Shown in pieces: positions 23,283 through 37,399 of a stretch of DNA of 64,000 nt (positions within the stretch are counted from its first letter, which is position 1; each line of letters starts with the position of its first letter). The translations under genes were made by a program, and so were the position numbers. This stretch comes from Octopus vulgaris (Eukaryota). The stretch covers positions 80,476,001-80,540,000 of the forward strand of contig OX597827.1 in the NCBI GenBank assembly GCA_951406725.2, given 5' to 3'. Below the pieces are notes generated by a model. It did not search any database. It saw only the letters and a list, made by a program, of their open reading frames with translations, and had not been told where the DNA came from.

Positions 23283-25658
23283 TGGGGTAGGTTTTGGTAA
23301 AGTTCTTGACTGAACCGAAGATTCATATTTGTTCTGTAGCTGACCTTCTGCATAACATTCACTCTTGGATCTCTCAGAATAGATATTCCGCTTCACCATC
23401 TCTTCTGCATTCCTCGACATAGCAACAGAAGTGTTAGTCTGGTACAACAATTGTTTCATCTCTGCTCTACCTTGGTAGGCTGTATTCTTTGTGGCAGCAG
23501 CTGTGTTATCTCTGTGTTTAATACATTTCATAATACACAGCGTTATAGAAACAACAATAGCCACTGATATTATTACTGCTGATGATACAATGATAATAAC
23601 CCATGTCATATGGACCCGACCTGAAGATTGTAACGGTCCACTCTTCGACATTGGTGATGTCTCGTTACTAACAGCCAATACCAAAGTGACACTAGTTGTT
23701 GACGATTGAACTGGACTACCACTGTCCTTCACAACAAACACCAGCTCATAACTTCCAGCATCATTTAGATAAACTTGTCTGGAGAAGGATAAAGCACCAC
23801 TGTGTGAGTTCATACTAAACAACTGTTTACCATTTCCTTGTATGATTGCATATCTGAGGAAAGCATTGTTTCCACTGTCCCCATCAGAGGCTCTCAAAAC
23901 TGTGATGTCACTCTTACTCTGCGGATGGTACTGCACATTTAGCGTGTAAGGGTCACTACTAGGATATGTAAAATACGGAGCATTGTCATTTTGATCTAGA
24001 ATCTCAACAACAACATTCGCTGTGTCATTCAGAGATGGGCTTCCATTATCTTTGACAAAAACCTCAAACTTATACACATCTTGTTTCTCTCTGTCCAATG
24101 ACATGGTCGCTGAAATGAAGCCATAACTGGTGATGAGAAATGGGAGATTGGATTTTTCTTTACGCAGCAGAGAATATGTGAGTTGTCCAGCAGATCCAAG
24201 ATCAGGGTCAGTGGCATTGACAAAACCAATAGGGAAGTCTTTATCTTTGTTTTCGTAGGTGAGGAATTGGAATGTATCTTTGGTAAACTGTGGTTGTACA
24301 TCGTTGATGTCAGTCACTTGGATAGAGAGGCTTTTAACACTTTTGAGAGGAGGTAATCCTTTATCTTGACAGGAGACAGGAATGTTATAGTGTCCTTGTG
24401 TTTCTCTGTCCACTGGTTTGTTTAGAATGATTTTATATTCTTTAGATCCCATTGACTGTAGTTTGAATGTATCATGTTTGATATCACAGCTGACCTCTCC
24501 ATTTTGTCCCACATCATTGTCAGTGACCATCACATAAGCAATGAAACTACCAACTTTGATGTTTTCAGAGATGGTACCTGTGTTATAATTGAGTGCAGAG
24601 ACATAATCAATATCAATAGATGGAGGATTGTTGTGTTGGTTGATAACATTTACCAGAACAGTTGCTATGGAACTGAGAGGAGGGTTGCCCCCATCTCTGG
24701 CCTCTATAAATAGATCATATGTTTTCCTTTTACCCAAATTAGAATATTTACCTACAAAAATGTCCCCATTGCTTTCATTTAATTGAAAATAGCTTTTAGC
24801 TATATCTGATGTCTTTGGACTGAAGTGGAAAGTAATTTTACCATTTTCACCAGAATCAGCATCTGTCACAGACAAAACAATGATGGGTTTAGACTTGTGA
24901 TGTGCGCTTTGTATGGATATATTATATAGAGGTTTAGAAAATACAGGTGGGTTGTCATTTATATCTATTATGGAAATATTTATGTTTAAAATACCTTGTT
25001 TTGCTGGTGACCCTCCATCTTTAGCTATGACTTGTAATAAATATGTATCTTTGATTTCTCTGTCTAATGATTCTTTTAAAACTATTTTCAGAGAAGAAAT
25101 ACCATCAGCTCTTTTAGACACTGACAGAGAAAATGGTTCTCCATTCTTTGATTTTAATTTATATTGTATTAAGGAATTTTGAAATCCAACATCTTTGTCC
25201 ATAGCATTGGGTATTGATTGTTTTGTGCCCTTTCCATCCGTTTCTGAAAATTTTAGAGAAATTTGTCTTTTGGGAAACTCTGGTTCGTGGTCATTAATAT
25301 CTTCTATTACAATTTTGACTTTTAATATTTTTGTGAAACTATCCATTTTCTTTATAATTACTTTCACAGTTCTGGAACATTCTTTGTTGAATGTGCAGAG
25401 ATCTTCTGCATCCAGTGTCTGAGCAGTGTACAGTTTACCTGTTTTGGTGATGTTAAATAACTGTGCCACCTTTCGTTTGAATTGACTGAATGTTATCAAA
25501 TGTTGGTCAGATGGTTTAACATTGTCTAAAAGTTTAGAATCGGCAGCAATGTCTGCTACATATGTTCCTGGACTTCTCTCTTCTTCCACATGGTAGGTAA
25601 GGTCTATGGTCAGGACACAGTGGACCAGCGACAATACAAAGGTCAATGGCAGTAACAT
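23283..25658 (-). CDS. Pcdh: Protocadherin gene 3, main exon
   Basis: Six cadherin repeats + TM; acceptor with exon start at 25711; donor GTAAGT at 23282. Confidence 0.95.
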
Positions 25659-25934
25659 ATTGTTGTTGTTGTATGTTTGTTAAAGATGCACAAGTGTGTT
25701 GAGGATTGAACCTGAAAAAGGAAATATATTTTCATCAATTATATAATATTGCAAAATATTTCTTACATCTCTCTATCAATTTTGATCCTAGAATCTCTCA
25801 TCTTAGAAACAACTAGTCTCAGTGGTATGAGGAGGAATTCATGTCTGCTATGATCTTCCACTTCTTGAACCACTCAGCTTTTGCATCAATAAATAGGTTT
25901 TCATCTATTAATCATCCATTTACATGATGTACCC

Positions 25935-26350
25935 TTTACTCTTTTGTTTCAGTCATTTGACTGCGGCCATGCTGGAGCACTGCCTTTAGTCGAGCACATC
26001 GACCCCAGGACTTATTCTTTGGATGCCTAGTACTTATTCTATCGGTCTCTTTTGGCAAACCGCTAAGTTACGGGGACGTAAACACACCACCATCGGTTGT
26101 CAAGCGATGTTCGGGGGACGAACACAGACACACAAACATATACATACACACACACATACACATATATATATACATACAAACATATATACGATGGTCTTCT
26201 TTCAGTTTCCGTCTACCAAATCCACTCACAAGGCTTTGGTCGGCCCGAGGCTATAGCAGAAGACACTTGCCCAAGGTGCACCGCAGTAGGACTGAACCTG
26301 GAACCATGTGGTTTGTAAGCAAGCTACTTACCACACAGCCACTCCTACAC
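25935..26350 (-). mobile_element. SINE-like repeat with internal (CA/TA)n
   Basis: CpG-rich island; partial second copy at ~26950-27092 (ttcagtttcc(g/a)tctaccaaatc...aggctatag). Confidence 0.6.
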
Positions 26351-27859
26351 CTATATAATCTACATTAATAGATTCCTCAGTGTTATTTTAACATCCAAGT
26401 GCCCATACTTGCATAGGTTGGGAGAAGGTTATTGTGACAGACGTTTTGCAGCCAGATAACCTTCCTGTTGCCAGTCTTCTTCACCCGTCTCCAAGCAAGG
26501 CAACATCTCCCCCGTTGCCAGACATGTTTTACTGAATATTGGAAATGAATGACACTTCTTTTCGACTGTGACACTCACAACTGTCATGTAACGTCCATGT
26601 GAAGACAAGGAGGCACAAACACATGCGTACGTATATCAACCTTGTTTATTATCCACTTTGCCATGGGTTGGATGGAGTTTGTTGAAACAGATTTTCTGCT
26701 GTTGGATGCCTTTCCTGTTGAGTGAGAGAGAGAGAGAGAGAGAGATGGAAGGAAAGATAGAGAGGGAGGGAAGGGGGAGAGAATGAGAGAAACAATGAAA
26801 ATGTTTTAAATGACCCTAATTGCCACAAACATGTCCCCTTACTTCACCTATGCCTAAAGAAAATAAACACATAAATGGAGACAGAAAGATGTTTGTAGCA
26901 TTCGGGGTCATTTAATACATCTTATATATATATATATATATATACAACAGGCTTCTTTCAGTTTCCATCTACCAAATCTACTCACAAGGCTTTGGTTGGC
27001 TCAAGGCTATAGTAGAAGACACTCAAGCTGCTACGCAGAGGGATTGAACCCAGAACCATGTGGTTGAGAAGCAAGCTTCTTACAACACAGCCTGTGTCTA
27101 TTTATACAGAAATCCATTGTGAAAAAGTCTTTCTTTTCCATGTTTCATTACTGTTTCACCAGCCATCATTTATAAAAAGTGAAATAAAGTTTAATGAAGT
27201 TTAGTAGTTGAATAATTAAGTTATTGTGATTACAAATTAGTTGTCAGCCAGAATAAAAACAGAATTTTCACAGTGCCAGATGGTCCTGGAGACAAAGTGT
27301 CTGATGCCATATAAGTGAGCATCAAATTAATGATGCCAAAGAGGCAGGCTCAAAACATCTCATACCCTCTTCCTGAATTCTTAAAGAATTGATTCAAAAC
27401 CCAAAATAAAGATAATAATGAGGAAAACAGTTTTAATTGACGTTTAATTTCGTTGACACCTTAGTAAAAATCTTCCCTGAGCTCATTGCCATTCCTCACA
27501 CTATTTCCACTCTGACTCCCAACTGAAGCAGCTTTAAAATGGTATTCCTTTACATTTCATTCTTTCAGCTTGTGACTCTTTGAAAGACTTTACTCTTTAA
27601 GATTAAACTCTCAATTCATCAGCAATGCATCTTACCACTTTGTAAAAAACAATATTTATAAAATACTGAGAAATCATTCTTTCTACAAATGACAGAATTC
27701 CAAAGTTACACCCAGTCAGCATCCGTGCTAAGAGGAGTTATCTGTCCTTACATTAGTTAGTATTGTGTGGAAGCTGTTTGTTTGTTTGTTGAGCAAAGCG
27801 GTCTTCGTCACAGAGCTCGCAAGATCGTGCCTCTGTATTGGGAGAAGTCCGAAACGTGG

Positions 27860-28175
27860 TCCTTTGCTATTCGTAAGACCCGCAGAAGAGAAAGCAGGTC
27901 AACCCCACTGACACTGAGAGCATTGATGGATGGATGAATGCGCATCCAGGCTCAGGGGTTGCATAGGAAGTTGGGGACAAGAAACAGGAAGAAAGAGTGA
28001 GAGAAAGTTGGAGCAAAAGAGTACAACAGGGGTTGCCACCACCCCCTGCCGGAGCCTCGTGGAGCTTTAGGTGTTTTTGCTCAATAAACACACACAACGC
28101 CCAGTCTGGGAATCGAAACCGCGATCCTTCGACTGCGAGTCCGCTGCCCTAACCACTGGGCCATTGTGCCTCCAC
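27860..28175 (-). mobile_element. Young-looking SINE-like insertion
   Basis: CpG-rich, GGGAATCGAAAC (reverse B-box-like); tgtggaagctgt occurs on both sides (~27767, ~28179). Confidence 0.55.
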
Positions 28176-29559
28176 TTGTGTGGAAGCTGTCTCACACAGA
28201 AGCATACTTCATCTTCCTGCCTTCAACGGATTATGCTTTATCTTTCTACAGTTAATACTACAAATTAAGTAGAAAATCTTCACTCGCATTATATTAATAC
28301 TTCATTTGTATTCTATTACAGATTCTATACAACATTCTGCCATTTCAATTCATTTCTCTGCAGCTTTACTCTTTGTCCATCGTCATCCCTAATTAAAAAT
28401 ATATCCATAACTTCACCTGATTGCTGCTAACAGTCTCCACACTCATCCTCATTTAACGTCCGTTTTCCATGCTGGTATGGGTTGGATGGTTTGACAAGAC
28501 CTGCTGAGCTGCAGGACTGAATCGAGCTCCAATGTTAGCTTTGACATGGTTTCTGTCACTAAATGACCTTCCTAATGTCAACCAATGTACACTAGGAGCT
28601 ATTTTCGTGCCACTGGCGCTAGTGAGATACGCAAGTAACTTGAAAGACAGAGAAAGAAGAGGGGAAAGGAAAAAGCTTCCATGACTAAGTGTGAGAGAAG
28701 GTGTATTTGAGGGGAGGGGCTGGCATTATATGCTAGGTGTTGAGAGGCTGAAGTATGACAGAGGGACAAACACAGGTGTCTTGCTGTGGAGGAGATACAT
28801 CACTACCTGACGTGATATAAGAATGGGTAGGAGAAGCTGGGAAGAAGATAGAAATAGTAGTGATGGGATACCAGAGCAAACACAAGGCACAAGGTGAACA
28901 TAAAAGAGGTTACAGACAGTGGATCAGCAGGGAAGGGGAGGGTGGGTAGATTCATAAAAGTCTGAGGAGGGAGAGAGAGAGAGAGTAATAAATGGCTTTC
29001 GATAGCGGTAGAGGTGAGTGTAATGAGTGATGAATAAAGGGTAGGTGTGGTTGATGGGAAATCCCAGTATGGAAAGGGGCTAAGGTGAAAGAGAAGTAGC
29101 TAAGGAAAGATGATAGATCAGAAGGCAGGGGGATATTGTGCAAGTTGTAGGCATGCATAAGGTAATTATGGTGAGTGGGACTTGAAAGCTGATGAGAGGC
29201 CATTGGAGAATGGTAGCAGATATGCAAGGTATCAAGATGGAGAATGCCAGAGGAGATACAGAAAGGAGGTGATCAGTGAAAATAGTGAAGGGAGGATAAT
29301 GTAAGAGAAAGGATGGAAGTGGTTCAAGGGGGCAAAGGGATAATTGGTAGTACAAAGAAATAGGGCAGAGTAACATGTGTCAGTTCTGCTCTCAGAGGTT
29401 TACAGTCGCAAAGTGGCATCAAAGACAGAGGAGTGATGGGGTAGGCTGGGTGTTGGGGGAATAAGATGTGAAGACTGCTTGCTGGGGCAAAATGAGTTAC
29501 AAGCATAAACAGAATGCTTTTAGGACATCATATTTTTGTTGTGATGGGCAAGCCTTCTC

Positions 29560-30370
29560 AAGCTCAATTATTCATCAATCATCTGAGTCTTTTGTCATAT
29601 GATCCACGAGTCTTTAACACCTTCGATATTTCTTCTCGTGTCTTTCTAGGCCTCTCTTTTCCACAAGTTCCAACCACTTGGACTAATCAGCATTCCTTCA
29701 TGCAGCTGTCCACATCTATATGTTTCACGTAGCCAAAAGCCAGCAAAGTCTTCTCTCTTACGCTCTACATTGGATTGCTTTTAAGTCCATTTGTCTCTCA
29801 ATACCTTAACATATTGTCACACATGCACACTGACATCAAAAATACAACAGAGCTCACTAGCTTCCCTCCTCTATAATCTTTATAATATATCTTTTGCATT
29901 CAGGGTCCACATCTCACTCCCATGTAACATTTCTATTCGTACACAATCATAATACAATCTGCCTTTCACTCTGAAAGAATGAGCTTTCATTGGCAACAAA
30001 GGTAGGAGCTCTCTCAAGTTCCTCCATCCTACTCTTATTCTACTAACTACATTTTCAGAATATCCTCTTCTACTGCTACTTAGGTTACCTTGGTAACAAA
30101 CTCTATCTACTACTTCGAGGTAGTCTCTAGGGCACCTGAGCAAATATATTTCCCGTGTGTCCCTCAGCGTTTATTACCCCTGTACACTTTCCATATCCGA
30201 ACACTACTTTCTCCATTAACCTTCTTGTGATTCAACTGCACCTTTTCTCTGTCCATTAACTTGCACTGGGAACACTGTATAGAATTCTTCCCTAACTCCA
30301 ACAACATTTAAACATAGTCGAATTCTTCTTCATATTGTATACCAAAACATCTTAACCTATTTTGCATAGC
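29560..30370 (-). mobile_element. Degenerate RTE-like LINE fragment
   Basis: Translation EVVDRVCYQG...RIRVGWRNLRELLPLL...KGRLY..CVR..MLHGSEMW resembles the RTE-clade region C-terminal of RT. Confidence 0.7.
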
Positions 30371-32990
30371 ATTTAGTAGACAGATAAAACATCCTATCAA
30401 ACATTATAGCACTACCACCCATGCCAGCATGGAAGGCAGGCGTGAAACAATGATGATGATTTTTAGACTACTGTTATTGATCAATATATCTAACAAATAT
30501 TATATAGGCAGATATTATTGTTCTAACTGAATATAGTCTTAGTATAAAACATTTCAATCAATATCACCCAATCAATTATGATATGAAATGATAGGGAAAA
30601 CATTACTGAAATTACAAGAAAATTATTATTCTCTTGCTAATATTGGATATATTAGGATAATGTCTCACAAATTCAGAGAGATTTAGTAAATCAATTTGAG
30701 ATCTTTGTCATTAATCCCTGAGAAAAGATTGACTGCTTAAATTTGGTGATGGTGATGAAGTCACAACAATCATCCAAGAGTGGTTCTTTATTTAGTCTGA
30801 TTAATTCACTGGCACTGTTCTACTTACTTTTATGTTTCCATTAACTGAGTAATCAATCCTGAACATTTAACAAGTATTCTATTGTCAAGGCATCCGTCAC
30901 TTTATCTCTCTCTTGGCTCAAGTGGCATTAGGTTTTCTATATTTTAGTCATTTTTCTTGGAGTTATATTTTTATCTAATTCAAAAATATCTTATACAATC
31001 CAAACACATTTTTCTCTTGATTCTAAACATTTCACATTTCTCATATGCATTTCGTTTTAATCAATGCTTTTGACATACAGCTTTTTTCAAACTTGAAGGT
31101 TAGCTATTATTCCTCACTATTGCCTTTTATTTACCTCTAACAAACTTTCCACTCTTACAGTTGTACTGGCAACATCACTCCATAATAATCTTGTCAAATA
31201 TTTGAGTCTCTGAACCATAAAATTAGTCAATGACTAGCAACCAGATCTCCCAAAGGTGTCCCCAGTCAGCAACTTTGTAAATACAAGTTATGAGTTCAAA
31301 TTCCGCTGAGGTCGACTTCCCCTTTCATCCTTTCAAGGTCGATAAATTAAGTACCAGTTTCGTACTGGGGTCGATCTAATTGACTAGCCCCCTCCACCAA
31401 AATTTCAGTAGAAAAAAGAAAAGTTGTCTGTTCTTATGTACATGTTGTACATATAATGCTTCGTTAGAGGTTTGTGGAAGCTGCTCACACAGGGGCACAC
31501 TTCAACTTCCACATCTGCCAAACTTTTTCCGATTATTTTTCATGACTGCGTTTTCATTATCTTTGCATTAAACTTTGTCATCACTAAACTATGTTTGGAA
31601 TTACTCACCCAGGAGAAAATTTAAAGGTTTTAAAAAGTTGTCTTTATCACTTCCTCAGTAATAGCAAATAAAGTAAAAAAAAGAAAAACAAAACAAAACA
31701 AACAAAAAACCCTCCTATAATGCCTAATATCTACTTATAAACATTATAACTTTAAAAATTTAACACACTCACCAGTAAAATTTCCACTTATTTATTTTTA
31801 TTTACCTAAAATTTTCTTTGTGTCTTGCAACCTTTTCAATAGTCTTGACTATTGAAAAGGTTGCAAGACGCAAAGAAAATTTTAGGAAAATAAAAATAAA
31901 TAAGTGGAAATTTACCAGTGATTGCGTTAAATTATAAGGCACAAAAAGAAAATGACTCTCCCCAGACACAACAGAATATGCTTCAACACACGAACTCATA
32001 TAAAGAATTTTGCAAACCAAATCCAAAAACGAAATTGTAAAATTTAGTTATCAATATATTAAAAATAATCAAATATTTATAAAACAAAATATAAAGCAAA
32101 GTTGAGCAAAATTTATGCTGAAGGAAGTCACACAAAGACCAGATGAAAAAAAATATTAAAAATTTTTAAAAAACGCTAATTTCTGTGTAAAAAATATTGT
32201 CGTTATGACCACACAAAAATTGAAATGTGATCAAATATATATATTTTAAAATCAACTTATATATATATATATATACATATATTTATTATATATTTATTAT
32301 ATATACATATATATATACATATATACACACACACATACATACATACATATGTATATTCAACTTGAGTATATATATATATTTAAGTATATAAGTATTTTAC
32401 TTACATTAAAACTGAACACTTCAACTGTATAATATTAATTAAAAATTCTACACTATTTTCCATTTCCGTTCATTTCACAACAACCCTGAATCTGTGTCTG
32501 ACCTCCATTATCCCCAACCACAAATGCATACACATCTTCACCACGTTACTGCTAATAATATATATATTCTGTAATATATTATAGCATTAAACATATTATG
32601 GCCTGTTTCTTAATATTTTATACCATCAACTACATGGAAACAGTTACATCACTAAAGATCTTACAAAAAGCAAAAATGATTAAACGTTATAAAACTACAT
32701 TTAAAGATTGTTCCCTATTGTTATTGATCAATATATGTAACAAATATTATTCAGACACAGAGGATATTGTTTCAACCGAAAGCAGACAAAGCATTAGATA
32801 TTTCAATCAACCTCATCCAACTGATTGTAATATAAAACAATATGGGCAACATTACTAAGAAAATACTTGTGACTTATTGTTCAATGTCTTTGTTCCCTTG
32901 TAAATATCAAATGTGTAAGTACAATGTCTTATAGACTTAGTGAGATTTATTATATCAAATGAGATTATAAAAGATTAAATAGAAACTTAC

Positions 32991-33235
32991 CTTTTTAGTA
33001 ATTATATCATTGGTTATTCAGTGAGAAAGAGAAAGATGTATTGTTGTAGAAAGATCCATTGTAAGTGCTGCTGTAATGGTGTGACAATGGCTGTTATGGT
33101 GATGGAGTAGTGTAGCACGTCAGGCAGAGAGTCTGCTGCTAGGAGAGGGTTGCATGTGTCACTGAAGTTGTATGTTTTGTGAGAGTACGTCCATCTAATA
33201 ATATTCTGTATGTATTTATCCTTAAAGATGATGTT
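32991..33235 (-). other. Leader exon copy D (for gene 3)
   Basis: Conserved core, AG|GTAAGT donor at 32990. Confidence 0.7.
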
Positions 33236-33355
33236 TACTATTTACAAATATATATTAGATAGATAGATAGATAAATATTAAAATAGCTAAAAAATTAGTC
33301 AGTGAAACATAACATAATTGCTTAATTTGATAACACTAGTAATGTGAAAGCTTAT

Positions 33356-33423
33356 CTTTGTTAATGAATTTTTCTGTTCTTGTGAGAATCTGATTGGTTG
33401 AATGATTACGACCGAAAGCCACT
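33356..33423 (-). promoter_or_regulatory. Candidate promoter module D (second box is CCACT)
   Basis: ctttgttaatgaat; ctgattgg 33390-33397; ccact 33419-33423. Confidence 0.55.
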
Positions 33424-33925
33424 GAAGAGTTCTGTTTTTACAGTGATTTGTTTTGAAGAGGCAAGAAACCCCACAAAAACAAACAAACAAACAAAAGAAT
33501 TTGGTATTGATCATGTCTTCCTCCACCTTAATGCTAATAACTAGAATAAGTTTTCAGTTTATTTTTTTGTAAAGCATTATAAAATATTAGTGCTAATGAT
33601 TTAATTAAAATTACTAAGTTTTGAACACTATTTGTTTTGTTTGTAACCCGGTTTTAGTTTAGAGCATTATATCAGAATTGCAATAAAAATCTGGTAATTT
33701 TGGTTTTTCATTTGAACTAACTTAAAAATAGAGTAAGAAGCCTTATAAATTACATAAAACCTTCAATTAAATTTGAAATGTTTCAGAAAACTCTGTCCTT
33801 TGGAAATCTGCAATACTATGTAGAGTTCAGAAAACACAGAATGTGTGTCAATAGCGTTTGTGTATTTATCACATTGTCTTTACATTTACATAGAGAAATG
33901 TAGTTATGTCTCATTGATAAAATAA

Positions 33926-34002
33926 TTACACATGTTTCACTGGTGTTTCTTCACTGGAATCTTTTGATGTAGAGGTGCCATTGTTTTTATATATATTTTG
34001 AT
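33926..34002 (-). CDS. Pcdh: Protocadherin gene 4, terminal coding exon (DQNIYKNNGTSTSKDSSEETPVKHV*)
   Basis: TTCCAG acceptor, 77 nt to stop. Confidence 0.8.
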
Positions 34003-34362
34003 CTGGAATTTAGATACAAAAATATTATGTGTTTTTCTTTTTTTAATTTTGATTTGGAATAACAATAGAAAATATGTTTTTGAGTTCTTCATATCATAAT
34101 ATTAGAATCAAATTGATAAAAACACATTTCAAATGGAACTAATAAGATAATCATGTTCTGGAATATGTCAAGGCAAACTTAATAATGATGGAAATGATGT
34201 AAAATATAAGTTTAAGAATGACTTCTTGCATGCATGAGAATCTGGAATATAAATGTAATACTTATTCATTAACAAATTTATATATATTTTAGTAATTCTT
34301 CATAATACAGGTCTATCTTTCAGGTGATATCCAGGTAGAATATAGCAAATGGAGTTACTAAC

Positions 34363-34516
34363 CTGATACTCCTGGTATTTCTTCGTAATGTTTCAGGTCT
34401 CCTTGTCTACCACTTCTCTTGGATGACATTGTATCTGATGTATAGTTACAAACCATAGTAGCATTATCTTCCACAGCATCATCACTTGATGTCACCACAA
34501 CAGGTTGACAGTATTT
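34363..34516 (-). CDS. Pcdh: Protocadherin gene 4, cytoplasmic exon
   Basis: 154-nt exon; donor GTTAGT. Confidence 0.85.
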
Positions 34517-34687
34517 CTGTTGACAAACAAACGATAAAGAAATGTGAGAAGACACCAAACAATGGAAGTTACAATCAACATGGAAAGAGAACAATTTAAT
34601 ATTGGAATGTATTATTGAAGTTAAAACATATTCAAAGAGATTTCATTGTTCACTTTTACAGAGAGAAAATGTAATGTTTCCACTTAC

Positions 34688-37060
34688 TGGGGTAGGTTTT
34701 GGTAAAGTTCTCGACTGAACTGAAGATTCATATTTGTTCTGAAGCTGACCTTCTGCATAACATTCACTCTTGGATCTCTCAGAATAGATATTCCGCTTCA
34801 CCATCTCTTCTGCATTCCTCGACATAGCAACAGAAGTGTTAGTCTGGTACAACAATTGTTTCATCTCTGCTCTACCTTGGTAGGCTGTATTCTTTGTGGC
34901 AGCAGCTGTGTTATCTCTGTGTTTAATACATTTCATAATACACAGCGTTATAGAAACAACAATAGCCACTGATATTATTACTGCTGATGATACAATGATA
35001 ATAACCCATGTCATATGGACCCGACCTGAAGATTGTAAAGGTCCACTCTTCGACATTGGTGATGTCTCGTTACTAACAGCCAATACCAAAGTGACACTAG
35101 TTGTTGACGACTGAACTGGACTACCACTGTCCTTCACAACAAACACCAGCTCATAACTTCCAGCATCATTTAGATAAACTTGTCTGGAGAAGGATAAAGC
35201 ACCACTGTGTGAGTTCATACTAAACAACTGTTTATCATTTCCTTGTATAATTGCATATCTGAGGAAAGCATTGTTTCCACTGTCCCCATCAGAGGCTCTC
35301 AAAACTGTGATGTCACTCTTACTCTGCGGATGGTACTGCACATTTAGCGTATAAGGGTCACTACTAGGATATGTAAAATACGGAGCATTGTCATTTTGAT
35401 CTAGAATCTCAACAACAACATTCGCTGTGTCATTCAGAGATGGGCTTCCATTATCTTTGACAAAAACCTCAAACTTATACACATCTTGTTTCTCTCTGTC
35501 CAATGACATGGTCGCTGAAATGAAGCCATAACTGGTGATGAGAAATGGGAGATTGGATTTTTCTTTACGCAGCAGAGAATATGTGAGTTGTCCAGCAGAT
35601 CCAAGATCAGGGTCAGTGGCATTGACAAAACCAATAGGGAAGTCTTTATCTTTGTTTTCGTAGGTGAGGAATTGGAATGTATCTTTGGTAAACTGTGGTT
35701 GTACATCGTTGATGTCAGTCACTTGGATAGAGAGGCTTTTAACACTTTTCAGAGGAGGTAATCCTTTATCTTGACAGGAGACAGGAATGTTATAGTGTCC
35801 TTGTGTTTCTCTGTCCACTGGTTTGTTTAGAATGATTTTATATTCTTTAGATCCCATTGACTGTAGTTTGAATGTATCATGTTTGATATCACAGCTGACC
35901 TCTCCATTTTGTCCCACATCATTGTCAGTGACCATCACATAAGCAATGAAACTACCAACTTTGATGTTTTCAGAGATGGTACCTGTATTGTCATTGATTG
36001 CATTAACATAATCAATATCAATAGATGGAGGATTGTTGTGTTGGTTGATAACATTTACCAAAACAGTTGCTATGGAACTGAGTGGTGGGTTACCTCCATC
36101 TCTGGCCTCTACAAATAATTCAAAAGTATTTTTTTCATTCAAACTAGAAATTCTAGATAAAAATACTTTGCCAGTCTTTTTATCCAATTCGAAATATTTC
36201 TTTGCTAAATCAGAAGTTTTGGGGCTGAAATGGAAAGTAATTTTACTGTTGGACCCTGCATCTTTGTCTGTCACTGACAAAGTAAGAATGGGTTTTGTCT
36301 TGTCGTGTGTGGTTCTAATGGAAATGTTATAAAGGGGTTTTGAAAATACAGGTGGATTATCATTCTCATCTTCAACAACAATCTCAACATTTAACACACT
36401 CTGTTTAGATGGAGAACCTCCATCTTTAGCAATTACTTCTAAATTGTATTTTTCTTTTAACTCTCTGTCTAATTTTTCTTTTAAAACAATCTTTAACGAG
36501 GAAATACCATCAGCTCTTTTAGACACTGTCAGGGAAAATGAGTCATCAGATTTTTTAAGTTTGTATTCAATGAAAGAATTTTGATAACTCACATCTTTGT
36601 CTATGGCATTTGGAATTGATTTTTTCATTCCTCTCCCATCACCTTCTTCAAAATGTAGATTGATTTGTTTTTCTGGAAACTCTGGTTCATGGTCATTGAT
36701 ATCTTCTATTACTATTTTGACTTTTAATATTTTTGTGAATGTTGCCACTTTCTTTATAATAACTTTCATAGTTCTAGAACATTCTTTGTTGAATGTGCAG
36801 AGATCTTCTGCATCCAGTGTCTGAGCAGTGTACAGTTTACCTGTTTTGGTGATGTTAAATAACTGTGCCACCTTTCGTTTGAATTGACTGAATGTTATCA
36901 AATGTTGGTCAGATGGTTTAACATTGTCTAAAAGTTTAGAATCGGCAGCAATGTCTGCTACATATGTTCCTGGACTTCTCTCTTCTTCCACATGGTAGGT
37001 AAGGTCTATGGTCAAGACACAGTGGACCATTGACAATACAATAGACAATGACAGGAACAT
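34688..37060 (-). CDS. Pcdh: Protocadherin gene 4, main exon (most divergent EC2-EC3)
   Basis: Six cadherin repeats + TM; one codon shorter in EC2; acceptor with exon start at 37116. Confidence 0.95.
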
Positions 37061-37399
37061 TTCGTTGCTGCTGCCTGTTGTTACTGGTTAAAGAATTGTA
37101 GATATGTAGATTGAACCTAAAAGAGAAATATATTTCATAAATTACTACAATCTCATTTCAAAATAGATTAAAACACTCATAGGTCTGTTATCTCTGATAC
37201 ATAATACTATTTTAAGAAAATATATAGAAATAATTATCATAAAAGTAAACATAAAATAATTAAGCCAAGGTTAATTACAAAGAAAATAGCAAATAAAATA
37301 ATTAAGCTTCAGCTAATCATAGACAAGACAACAGCAGTTATACTCCACACACTGGTCTGCCAAATGAAAGGATCATTTCTAAGAGGTATTCCTACTAAC

